The position numbers and the translations under genes are program-made. A DNA stretch of 46,512 nt, from contig CBDULX010000001.1 in assembly GCA_965368175.1 (NCBI GenBank), positions 1-46,512 on the forward strand, given 5' to 3'. This document shows positions 37,070-45,096 of the stretch, one piece after another. The notes beneath the pieces are model-generated. The model made no database searches, was not told the origin of the DNA, and saw only the letters and a program-made list of their open reading frames with translations. The number at the start of each line of letters is the position of its first letter. The first letter of the stretch is position 1. Source of the DNA: an uncultured Gammaproteobacteria bacterium (GTDB lineage Bacteria; Pseudomonadota; Gammaproteobacteria; SZUA-229).

Positions 37070-37201
37070 TTGTTTTATGCAGGTTAAAAGCGTCCAGATT
37101 TTACCGAAGTTCGTTGCAATAGAATAACTATTCCGCCTCACTTCGTGAAAAATCTAATTACTTTTATCGCAAATTCAACCAGACTCAATCAGAGATTCCT
37201 T
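37046..37201. mobile_element. MITE-like element sharing terminal inverted repeats with the 1832/7044 family, inserted at the rnc 3' end
   Basis: Left end AAGGAACCACTGATCAA (37046-37062) and right end TCAATCAGAGATTCCTT (37185-37201) are inverted copies. The internal imperfect hairpin is TAAAAGCGTCCAGATTTTACCGAAGT ... ACTTCGTGAAAAATCTAATTACTTTTA. Confidence 0.6.
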
Positions 37202-37228
37202 AATTCTGCCACCTTATGATGTAAATTT

Positions 37229-38131
37229 ATGAATCAAGATCAGGACTTCAAGTGCGGCTATATCGCCATTATCGGTCGGCCAAATGTGGGTAAGTCCACG
37301 TTGTTAAACCATATTCTGGGTGTGAAGCTGAGCATAACATCCCGTAAGCCGCAAACGACAAGACATCAGATACTGGGTGTAAAAACGACTGAACAGGCCC
37401 AGTTTATCTACGTCGATACTCCGGGCATCCACAGTGGCGGTAAAAAAGCCATTAATCGGTATATGAACAAGGCCGCCAGTTCCGTCATTCATGATGTCGA
37501 CCTGGTGCTGTTCATGGTGCAGGCCCTGAAATGGACCGACGAAGATCAGATGGTACTAAGCAAGCTGGAACATATTGAGATTCCTGTGGTGCTGGTGGTG
37601 AATAAGGTGGATGTGGTCGAGAATAAGGATGATCTGCTGCCATTTTTGCAGCAACTTACTGAAAAATATCAGTTTGAAGCTGTGATTCCGGTGTCTGCTC
37701 AACGGGGACATAATCTGGAGCAGCTGGAACAGACGGTAATGAAGCTGCTTCCAGTAAATCCGCCCTTCTTCGATCCTGAACAACTGACAGATCGCAGTGA
37801 ACGTTTTCTGGTGGCCGAGCTGATAAGGGAGAAGATGGTTCGTGAGCTGGGTAATGAGTTACCTTATCAGACTACGGTTGAAATCGAGCTCTACAAGGAA
37901 AAAGAAAATATTACCGAGATTAATGCAATGATCCTGGTAGAAACCAAGGGCCAGAAAGCAATCATTATCGGCAATAAGGGTATGCGCCTGAAAAGTATCG
38001 GCACCAAGGCCAGGAAAGACATGGAAAAACTGCTGGGTCGGAAGGTGTTCTTACAGCTATGGGTCAAGGTCAAGGCTGGCTGGTCGGACAGTGAGTCAGC
38101 ATTGCGCAGTCTTGGTTATGATGCGGATTAA
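37229..38131 (+). CDS. era: GTPase Era
   Basis: 300 aa. G1 GRPNVGKST, G3 DTPG, G4 NKVD, and a C-terminal KH domain. Confidence 0.96.
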   Translation: MNQDQDFKCGYIAIIGRPNVGKSTLLNHILGVKLSITSRKPQTTRHQILGVKTTEQAQFIYVDTPGIHSGGKKAINRYMNKAASSVIHDVDLVLFMVQALKWTDEDQMVLSKLEHIEIPVVLVVNKVDVVENKDDLLPFLQQLTEKYQFEAVIPVSAQRGHNLEQLEQTVMKLLPVNPPFFDPEQLTDRSERFLVAELIREKMVRELGNELPYQTTVEIELYKEKENITEINAMILVETKGQKAIIIGNKGMRLKSIGTKARKDMEKLLGRKVFLQLWVKVKAGWSDSESALRSLGYDAD

Positions 38132-38146
38132 CCTGGCAACTCAATA

Positions 38147-38854
38147 ATGCGTGTACAGGATCAGCCTGTTTACATACTCCATCAACGACCGTTTCGAGAC
38201 ACCAGTCAGATAGTCGAAGTTTTCTCTCGGGATTATGGTCGATTGTCAGTAGTTAGCCGGGGCAGTCGCAGCCCCAAATCACGTTTAAAAGCCATAATGC
38301 AACCATTTCAGGCTCTGCAGGTGAACTGGAGTGGGCGAGGGGAAATGCCTTCTCTAGGGCAGGTTGAAGCAGCTAATACCAGAATCCCGTTACTGAAATC
38401 CAGAGTTTTGCCCTGTGCGTTTTATATGAACGAGCTGATTATGCGTCTGTTACATAAACACGATGTGCATGAAGATATTTTTGAACTCTACCAGAGAACA
38501 CTCTATGCACTGGCACAGGCTGAAGATCTGGAGCGTGAATTACGGCTATTTGAGAAAAGTTTATTACAGTTTCTGGGTTTTGGATTAAGCCTTGATGTGG
38601 ATTCGGATACAGGAGCGGCAGTACAGAATGACCGAAACTACATTTATTATATTGAGCATGGCCCGGTAGAAGCTGGGAATCATCAGGATAAGGGCCGGCA
38701 CGCATTAAGTATCCGTGGGCACAGCCTGTTATGTTTTCAGGCGGGTGATTTATCTGATAAGACAGTACGCAAGGACGTCAAATCATTAATGCGTTACGTA
38801 CTGGCTTATTATCTCGGTGATAAACCTCTGAAGAGTCGAGAATTGTTCAGATAA
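38147..38854 (+). CDS. recO: DNA repair protein RecO
   Basis: 235 aa. The N-terminus PVYILHQRPFRDTSQIVEVFSRDYGRLSVVSRG is typical of RecO, and the gene sits in the conserved position after era. Confidence 0.9.
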   Translation: MRVQDQPVYILHQRPFRDTSQIVEVFSRDYGRLSVVSRGSRSPKSRLKAIMQPFQALQVNWSGRGEMPSLGQVEAANTRIPLLKSRVLPCAFYMNELIMRLLHKHDVHEDIFELYQRTLYALAQAEDLERELRLFEKSLLQFLGFGLSLDVDSDTGAAVQNDRNYIYYIEHGPVEAGNHQDKGRHALSIRGHSLLCFQAGDLSDKTVRKDVKSLMRYVLAYYLGDKPLKSRELFR

Positions 38855-38909
38855 CTAGTGATAGTTTCGACTTGATCTGGCAGTTACTGATCATTCAGGG
38901 AATTTGTTT

Positions 38910-38974
38910 CCTTGCCACAGAGGCACAGAGCATGCAGAGAACATAATTAAATACTCTGTGCCTCTGTGGCAAGG
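38910..38974. repeat. REP-like hairpin (TTGCCACAGAG family), probable recO terminator
   Basis: Perfect 21-bp stems CCTTGCCACAGAGGCACAGAG (38910-38930) and CTCTGTGCCTCTGTGGCAAGG (38954-38974) with a 23-nt loop. Confidence 0.7.
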
Positions 38975-39106
38975 TTATTTATTTCAATCATTCAAATGCC
39001 TGCTTCAGGGGGCTTTGCGATGTTTATTGTAGAGGTCAATTGCCAGACCAGGTCTAATGATTTTGCTAATGCGTGAGATCAGTTCTGAACTATCACAGGT
39101 AATTCA

Positions 39107-39541
39107 TCAAATCTGGGTACTGGTCAGGTTTGGACCTGAGAAGCTGGTTTTACCATCTGATCCATAGGTGGTTTCATCGCCATTAATGCTGCCTGTGAAA
39201 ATATTAAGCATTTCACGAGCCATCCGGTTGCGGCGGTTCAGAATGCCACCATTCACTTCATTCTGCTGCTGACAGCGCAGGATTTTTTCACGCAATGCCT
39301 GCCAGACCTGGCTTAGACTGGGGTGGGAATGTGCCAGGAAATGAGTGAAGTCTATGCTACCGCTCAGCTGAAGACGCTGCTGATCAAGCTCATCAAGCCT
39401 GGTGACCAAAGACTGTTTCTGTTCAGCCATTGAAACAATGGCTTCATAGTGGTTGTTACACAATGCATCGTGCTCATCGCAGAGACATTGATAGAGTTGA
39501 TCTGAGTTAGTTTCAATATTTTCGAGTAGTGTTTTTATCAT
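39107..39541 (-). CDS. flgN: flagellar export chaperone FlgN
   Basis: 144 aa, helical and Gln/Leu-rich, immediately downstream of flgM. Confidence 0.8.
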   Translation of the reverse strand: MIKTLLENIETNSDQLYQCLCDEHDALCNNHYEAIVSMAEQKQSLVTRLDELDQQRLQLSGSIDFTHFLAHSHPSLSQVWQALREKILRCQQQNEVNGGILNRRNRMAREMLNIFTGSINGDETTYGSDGKTSFSGPNLTSTQI

Positions 39542-39558
39542 GACGATATCCGGAGAGA

Positions 39559-39873
39559 TTATTCGTTAAGGGCTTTTTCCAGGCTGATCAGGTTCTGAGC
39601 AATACGTTCGGGATCCAGTGGGTAATTGCCCCTGGCAATTTCCTGTTTGATGGCCTCAACCTTCTCGGCATCGACCTCCGGCAGGTTTTCCAGCTGTTGC
39701 TGCAAATCTCTTACCTGAAGGCTTTGCTCGGATAAGCTAACCGTGTCTTCAGTCGCTGGTCTGGGGCTGCTGGATTGGGATTCCGAGGATCCCTTATCAC
39801 GTGTTTTGGCGCTACCGTTATTGTTAAGCGCATCGGTAGTAGAGCGATTAATAGGGTTGATTGGACTTGTCAT
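39559..39873 (-). CDS. flgM: anti-sigma-28 factor FlgM
   Basis: 104 aa from the ATG at 39873 (MTSPINPINRS...). It has a Ser-rich disordered N-terminus and a conserved C-terminal helix region, KVEAIKQEIARGNY. The track TTG start at 39900 lies only 5 nt from the -10 of the sigma-28 promoter and is rejected. Confidence 0.85.
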   Translation of the reverse strand: MTSPINPINRSTTDALNNNGSAKTRDKGSSESQSSSPRPATEDTVSLSEQSLQVRDLQQQLENLPEVDAEKVEAIKQEIARGNYPLDPERIAQNLISLEKALNE

Positions 39874-39905
39874 GATATTTACCTGGTCGTTATCTCTCAA
39901 TACTG

Positions 39906-39932
39906 TAATCGGCCATAGCTGGCGAAACTTTA
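39906..39932 (-). promoter_or_regulatory. sigma-28 (FliA) promoter for flgMN
   Basis: The minus strand reads TAAAGTTT (39932-39925), an 11-nt spacer, then GCCGATTA (39913-39906). The consensus is TAAAGTTT-N11-GCCGATAA. Confidence 0.75.
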
Positions 39933-39986
39933 GCTGTTTTTAATAAAAAAAATACAAATTACTTTTCGATCCCTTACCCGGCGGGT

Positions 39987-40703
39987 TCAGGGACCTATCA
40001 TCACAACTCCAGCCTGGGTAACTTTACCCTCTATAATGCGTCTGGAAGACGAGTTTTTGACTCGAATTCGGTCTCCATAAGCACCATCCATCATGGCTTT
40101 TCCATTCATTCTTACGGTTAGCCGACTGGATTCTGACACTAATGCTACCTGTTCGCCTCGTTTTATCAGCAGCGGTGGTTTAACCTGATTTGGGGTGATA
40201 ACCCGGCCCTGTGATAAGCGACGTTTGGTTTGCATACCGAGCAGTTTCGATTTGTCGGTAAAATAGCCATAATTAAGTTGGGCCAGGTTGTGCTCCGCAG
40301 CTACGATATCGCGTTCACGGATGATATGCCCACGGGGCAGTCCATGGGCAGTTTTATAAACACTGGAAAAAATATTGATGGTGGCGGGTACGTATAGAGC
40401 CCATGATTTGGCGCCTTCACATCGAACGCCTACCGTGGTTTTCCCCATAGCCCTGGCACCAGGTGCTAAATAGGTTTCCAGAGGCACTGAGCAGTGCTGC
40501 AGTCTCAGCCGCTTATCCAGGTGGCCGACCTGGATCTGAATATTAGGATGCTGGTGTTTATTGGTGGTGAGCTCCAGAAACTGGATAACTGCGGCAATAA
40601 TAGAACTATGGGGCTGGGAATTCTCGACGGATTCTGCATGACTACCATAGCTGTTGCTCAGGAGGGTTAACAGCAATAGTAGATTGGTAGTCATAGGTTT
40701 CAT
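39987..40703 (-). CDS. flgA: flagellar basal-body P-ring formation chaperone FlgA
   Basis: 238 aa. Has a signal peptide and a C-terminal SAF-like segment, [17 protein letters not shown]. Adjacent to flgM. Confidence 0.85.
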   Translation of the reverse strand: MKPMTTNLLLLLTLLSNSYGSHAESVENSQPHSSIIAAVIQFLELTTNKHQHPNIQIQVGHLDKRLRLQHCSVPLETYLAPGARAMGKTTVGVRCEGAKSWALYVPATINIFSSVYKTAHGLPRGHIIRERDIVAAEHNLAQLNYGYFTDKSKLLGMQTKRRLSQGRVITPNQVKPPLLIKRGEQVALVSESSRLTVRMNGKAMMDGAYGDRIRVKNSSSRRIIEGKVTQAGVVMIGP

Positions 40704-42049
40704 GTCGTGCTTACTTCATCCAGTAATTCATTAATGTATCTGAAGAGGTGGGCGCTTTTGTCTTCCAGCTCATCAATTTTTTGACGGGCCTGAACTGATT
40801 GGCCTTTGAGTGATAATTGAGCAATTTCCTTGCCAATTTCATGAACTCTAATATGGTCGGCTTCGATATTTCTGAAAGCATCTAAGTGGCCGAAGAGTTC
40901 TTTGCCCTTTGAGTAGTACCATTTACCCAGTCGGCACTGGGTATGATCTTTGAGTTCGTTTTCGGTCAGGTTTTTACCACCCAGTGCCATAGTGGCAAGA
41001 CGAATTTTCCAGGTAATGTGGTCTGCTTTGGCGGTTTCGAGTAGCAACTGGTCCTGGTTGAGGGAAGCCAGGATATCAAACTGACTTTTGATGGTATTGG
41101 TTAATAACTCTGCATTTGCTGAAATATGATTGATTTCAACATTCTCTTCCTGGATATCCAGGGTGATTTTGTTCAGTTTGTCGGCCATTTCCTTGGATAC
41201 GGCCTGTTGTTCATTGGCGGACACCGAGATTGTATGGATTTTAGCGCTGACGTCGTTAACCACGGAGGTAATGTCACCCAGTGAGATAGCCACCGTTTCC
41301 AGGCCATCGACGGTTTTTTCCAGTCGTGAGTTACTGGAGCTTACCGATTCTGAAACTTCATTCATCAGGGTGTTCATGGTAGTAGTGACATTTTCGATTT
41401 CCAGTGTGGCCTGCTCTGTTTTCGACGCCAGTTGTTTTACTTCATCAGCCACCACAGCAAAACCACGGCCGGCTTCTCCAGCTCGGGCCGCTTCAATGGC
41501 GGCATTCAGGGCTAACAGGTTCGTCTGGTTAGCAATTCCACGGACGGTGGCGGTCAGGTTATTGATCTCTTCAGTAAAGCCTAAAAAGCGCTGCATCTGG
41601 ATGAACATGTTCTTCATGGAATTTTCAAGTAAATCCATATCACCAATCATCGATGAAATAGCGACATTGCCGGATTCGGTTTTCTGGTAGCTCTCATTGG
41701 CCCGGGCAGAAGTTTCCTGGGCAGAATGTGAAATTTCGGAAGAAGTGGATGCCATTTCTTCTGTAGCAGCGGCTATGCTGTGAATGTCACGCTGGATTTC
41801 AGTGGCGGTAGATTGCAGGATCATATTTTTAGTTAATATGGTGTAGGTTTGCTGAAGTGATTGAATTCCATCTTCACCAATATCGGCCAGTTTCGAATAG
41901 AGCTCATCGATATATGCAGTCGCCTCAATCAGGGCAGTGGCTGTAGCAGGGGAGCTTTTTCTTAATATTACCAATTGTTTAAAATCCGCTTCCAGAGCGG
42001 CTTTTAATAATAGAACGACATTTTTGGTCAATAACAGCGGAGAACTCAT
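40700..42049 (-). CDS. soluble methyl-accepting chemotaxis protein with a C-terminal CZB (chemoreceptor zinc-binding) domain
   Basis: 449 aa with no hydrophobic TM segment. The MCP signalling hairpin is [31 protein letters not shown]. The C-terminal CZB pattern is HITWK...CRLGKWYY...HIRVH. Its stop overlaps the flgA ATG (ATGA). Confidence 0.85.
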   Translation of the reverse strand: MSSPLLLTKNVVLLLKAALEADFKQLVILRKSSPATATALIEATAYIDELYSKLADIGEDGIQSLQQTYTILTKNMILQSTATEIQRDIHSIAAATEEMASTSSEISHSAQETSARANESYQKTESGNVAISSMIGDMDLLENSMKNMFIQMQRFLGFTEEINNLTATVRGIANQTNLLALNAAIEAARAGEAGRGFAVVADEVKQLASKTEQATLEIENVTTTMNTLMNEVSESVSSSNSRLEKTVDGLETVAISLGDITSVVNDVSAKIHTISVSANEQQAVSKEMADKLNKITLDIQEENVEINHISANAELLTNTIKSQFDILASLNQDQLLLETAKADHITWKIRLATMALGGKNLTENELKDHTQCRLGKWYYSKGKELFGHLDAFRNIEADHIRVHEIGKEIAQLSLKGQSVQARQKIDELEDKSAHLFRYINELLDEVSTT

Positions 42050-42232
42050 TTTAATCTCATTATTTTTCTATTAACAGGCACTGGCTAAACAATGGTTTTG
42101 GGCTAGTATCATGTATAAGTTGCTGATTAAATGCCCTCAGGCACAGGTTTTCTATTTGAATTATAGTTGAACATTTGAATATGCAACTTAATATACGAAT
42201 TTGTTGGCGAATATAGATATATCTGGAGCTAA

Positions 42233-43198
42233 ATGATGGCCGGTGTTCTTGATAATGTTGATTTACGTACCCAGCTGGCTGGGCATAACCGGTTAGAACT
42301 ATTATTGTTCAGATTATCAGGCAAGCAACTCTACGGCATTAATGTATTTAAAGTGCAGGAAGTGATTCGTTGTCCACACTTGACCAGCATGCCTAAATCC
42401 AATCCAAAAGTCGTTGGGGTGGCTCATTTAAGAAAACGGACCATTCCTGTTATGGATCTTGGGATGGCGATTAGTAAGCGTCCTGTGGATAATATCAAAG
42501 ACAGTTTTGTTATTGTCACGGAATACAACCGCTATACTCAGGGTTTTCTAGTTAACTCGGTGGATCGAATCACCAATATGAACTGGAAAGATATACTGCC
42601 ACCACCTAAAGGCAGTGGTTCGAATAGTTATCTTACTGCCGTAACTCATCTTGATAATGAGCTGGTGGAAATTATCGATGTCGAAAAAGTGTTTGCAGAT
42701 GTTATGGGTATACCCGAAGAGCTTGATGAAACGGTTCTGGATGAGTCCAGGCATCAGGATAACGAAGAATTACCGAGACATGTTCTGATTGTCGATGACT
42801 CATCGGTGGCACGTAACCAGGTAAAGAGGGTACTGGAAAAAGTTGGCATTGAATGCTCATTGGCCAATGATGGACAGGAAGGGCTGGAGAAACTGCAGCA
42901 AATGATTGAAGATGGAAAACCGATTCACAATACCATAGGTATGGTGATATCAGATATTGAAATGCCCAGAATGGACGGTTATACACTGACTACGGAAATT
43001 CGCAAAAATCCAGATCTGGCAAATCTTTATGTGATGCTGCATACCTCATTGAGTGGTGTTTTCAATAACAATATGGTTGAGAGGGTGGGTGCCAACCATT
43101 TTATTCCAAAATTTAAACCTAATGAGCTGGCGCATACGGTGATAAATATATTAAATAAGCGTGATGCAAGTGAAGGTCTGGATCAGATTTCTGATTAA
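42233..43198 (+). CDS. cheV: chemotaxis coupling protein CheV (CheW-like + receiver domain)
   Basis: 321 aa. An N-terminal CheW-like domain followed by a REC domain (VLIVDDS...ISDIEMPRMDG...K). Confidence 0.9.
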   Translation: MMAGVLDNVDLRTQLAGHNRLELLLFRLSGKQLYGINVFKVQEVIRCPHLTSMPKSNPKVVGVAHLRKRTIPVMDLGMAISKRPVDNIKDSFVIVTEYNRYTQGFLVNSVDRITNMNWKDILPPPKGSGSNSYLTAVTHLDNELVEIIDVEKVFADVMGIPEELDETVLDESRHQDNEELPRHVLIVDDSSVARNQVKRVLEKVGIECSLANDGQEGLEKLQQMIEDGKPIHNTIGMVISDIEMPRMDGYTLTTEIRKNPDLANLYVMLHTSLSGVFNNNMVERVGANHFIPKFKPNELAHTVINILNKRDASEGLDQISD

Positions 43199-43242
43199 TT
43201 GTTCAATAACATGATAAATAAACTGATTCGATGTGAATATTA

Positions 43243-44064
43243 ATGACCAGCCAGTTTACACCCGAAGAATTTGAAAATTTCCGGCAATTTCTTGAACAGG
43301 CTTGTGGTATTGTGCTGGGTGAAAATAAGCATTATCTGGTATCTAGTCGACTTAATCGCATGATGCGCGAAAAAAATATACCAACACTTCAGGAACTGGT
43401 TAATCAATTAAGTCAGTTGCTAAACTCCAGTCTAAAGAATAGTGTAATCGAAGCGATGACTACCAATGAAACACTCTGGTTTCGCGATACCTATCCATTC
43501 GAAGTGTTGTCTAAAACGATTTTTGAAGGCAGCAAGCTGGCGAAAAAAAATAATTTAAAAATCTGGTCGGCAGCCTGTTCTTCAGGGCAGGAGCCTTATT
43601 CTATTAGCATGGTGGCCGACGAATTTATACAGCATAATCCATTTTTCAGGGTTGATATAGTCGCCACCGATATCTCTCCGGCCATTCTGAATGATGCCAA
43701 AGAAGCTAAATATGATGCTCTGGCTCTGGCTCGTGGTTTATCGGAAGAACGCAAGCGACGTTATTTCTCAGCTATAGGTAATTTAAGCCAGGTTAATTCA
43801 GAAATAAGATCAAGAGTAATATTCAAAGAAAACAATTTACTTCAGAGCTATTCCAGTTTAGGTAAATTTGATGTGATTTTCTGTCGTAATGTATTGATTT
43901 ATTTTTCTGCAGAATCCAAGTCCGATATCCTTAATCGAATGGCGAGCTCACTGAATCCGAGGGGATATCTGATGCTCGGCGCGTCAGAGTCTATTTCACA
44001 GTATTGTGATGCCTTCGAAATGGTTCGTGCCAGCACTGGTGTGGTTTACCGACTTAAAAAATAA
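43243..44064 (+). CDS. cheR: chemotaxis protein methyltransferase CheR
   Basis: 273 aa. Has the SAM-binding motif IWSAACSSGQEPYS and the later motif FCRNVLIYF. Confidence 0.93.
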   Translation: MTSQFTPEEFENFRQFLEQACGIVLGENKHYLVSSRLNRMMREKNIPTLQELVNQLSQLLNSSLKNSVIEAMTTNETLWFRDTYPFEVLSKTIFEGSKLAKKNNLKIWSAACSSGQEPYSISMVADEFIQHNPFFRVDIVATDISPAILNDAKEAKYDALALARGLSEERKRRYFSAIGNLSQVNSEIRSRVIFKENNLLQSYSSLGKFDVIFCRNVLIYFSAESKSDILNRMASSLNPRGYLMLGASESISQYCDAFEMVRASTGVVYRLKK

Positions 44065-44068
44065 AAAT

Positions 44069-44123
44069 ATGGTTAATTGTTTATGGTTAAAAAAACCATT
44101 AACTACTAACGATGAACCATTAA
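44069..44123. repeat. AT-rich hairpin repeat (ATGGTTAA family), second copy
   Basis: ATGGTTAATTGTTTATGGTTAAAAAAACCATTAACTACTAACGATGAACCATTAA is related to 26288-26345. Confidence 0.45.
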
Positions 44124-44142
44124 TATTTATTTATTGCCACCA

Positions 44143-44160
44143 GCGGCAAAAAATTGCCGC
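44143..44160 (+). terminator. small hairpin after cheR
   Basis: GCGGCAA-AAAA-TTGCCGC, followed by a moderately T-rich stretch. Confidence 0.35.
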
Positions 44161-44221
44161 TCTAATTCCCTTTATCTAAACCTGATATCCCTAAGCTATT
44201 GAAAAGTCATTGATAATTAAT

Positions 44222-44239
44222 TTGGCATGGGCTTTGCAT
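44222..44239 (+). promoter_or_regulatory. sigma-54 promoter for flgBCDE
   Basis: TGGCAT (44223-44228), 5 nt, then TTGCA (44234-44238). This gives the exact -24 GG / -12 GC spacing, 28 nt upstream of the flgB ATG. Confidence 0.75.
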
Positions 44240-44265
44240 TTCCATTTGCAACGCGGGAGTAAACC

Positions 44266-44658
44266 ATGCCGATTAACTTTGATAAAGCATTTGGAGTTCA
44301 TGATGACGCACTTTTGTTATTTGAGCGTCGAACTCGTTTGCTGGCAGAAAATATAGCCAATGCGGATACTCCGCAATATAAGGCTCGAGATATTGATTTC
44401 GATTCCGCATTAAGTCAGGCAAAAACCGATCAGGTTAAGCTGGCATCAACACAGCCAGGACATATGGCTTTATCCACAGAACCTTATAACGAGTATCTTA
44501 AATTTCGGATCCCGGATCAAAGTTCGGCCGATGGTAATACGGTGGATATACAGAAAGAGCAGGCAGCATTTGCTGAAAATAATATTCGTTATCAGACTAC
44601 CCTGACTATTTTGTCACGTCGTATCAGTGGTCTGGTAAATGCGTTCAAGGGTGAATGA
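44266..44658 (+). CDS. flgB: flagellar basal-body rod protein FlgB
   Basis: 130 aa. Has the rod-protein N-terminal pattern LLAENIANADTPQYKARD. Confidence 0.92.
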   Translation: MPINFDKAFGVHDDALLLFERRTRLLAENIANADTPQYKARDIDFDSALSQAKTDQVKLASTQPGHMALSTEPYNEYLKFRIPDQSSADGNTVDIQKEQAAFAENNIRYQTTLTILSRRISGLVNAFKGE

Positions 44659-44674
44659 GTGAGAGGCATAGATT

Positions 44675-45091
44675 ATGTCAGTGTTTAAAATATTTGATGT
44701 AGCGGGTTCCGGTATGAGTGCACAGATGCTCAGACTGAATACAGTTGCCAGTAATCTGGCCAATGCTGAAACCATGGCCAGTAAGCCAGGTGATGTGTAC
44801 AAGGCGCGTCATCCGGTATTTGAAACGGTTTTGAATGAAGTTGCTGGTGGACAATCCAGCGCAACAGTAAAAGTGTCTGAAATCGTCGAAAGCGATACGC
44901 CGGCAATGCCTCATTATATGCCCGGACATCCACTGGCGAATGAAGAAGGTTATGTGTTTAGCCCTGGTATAAATGCAGTGGAAGAAATGGCGGATATGAT
45001 TTCTGCATCCCGCAGTTATCAGAATAATGTTGAAGTGATGTCGACAGCTCGCGAGTTGTTGTTGAGAACATTACAACTTGGCAGATCATGA
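44675..45091 (+). CDS. flgC: flagellar basal-body rod protein FlgC
   Basis: 138 aa. SGMSAQMLRLNTVASNLANAET and the C-terminal SRSYQNNVEVM. Confidence 0.93.
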   Translation: MSVFKIFDVAGSGMSAQMLRLNTVASNLANAETMASKPGDVYKARHPVFETVLNEVAGGQSSATVKVSEIVESDTPAMPHYMPGHPLANEEGYVFSPGINAVEEMADMISASRSYQNNVEVMSTARELLLRTLQLGRS

Positions 45092-45096
45092 GGTGA

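Noticed and set aside
41130-41690. 186-aa plus-strand ORF
   Set aside because: It is antisense to the MCP signalling domain. Its low-complexity Ser/Ala/Thr-rich translation mirrors the Ala-rich MCP heptads.
42050-42232. Weak sigma-54-like (GGCACAGGTTTTCT) and sigma-28-like (..GGCGAATA) matches in the MCP/cheV divergent region
   Set aside because: The -12 TGC element is missing in the first. The second has a poor -35 and poor spacing. Neither is good enough to annotate.
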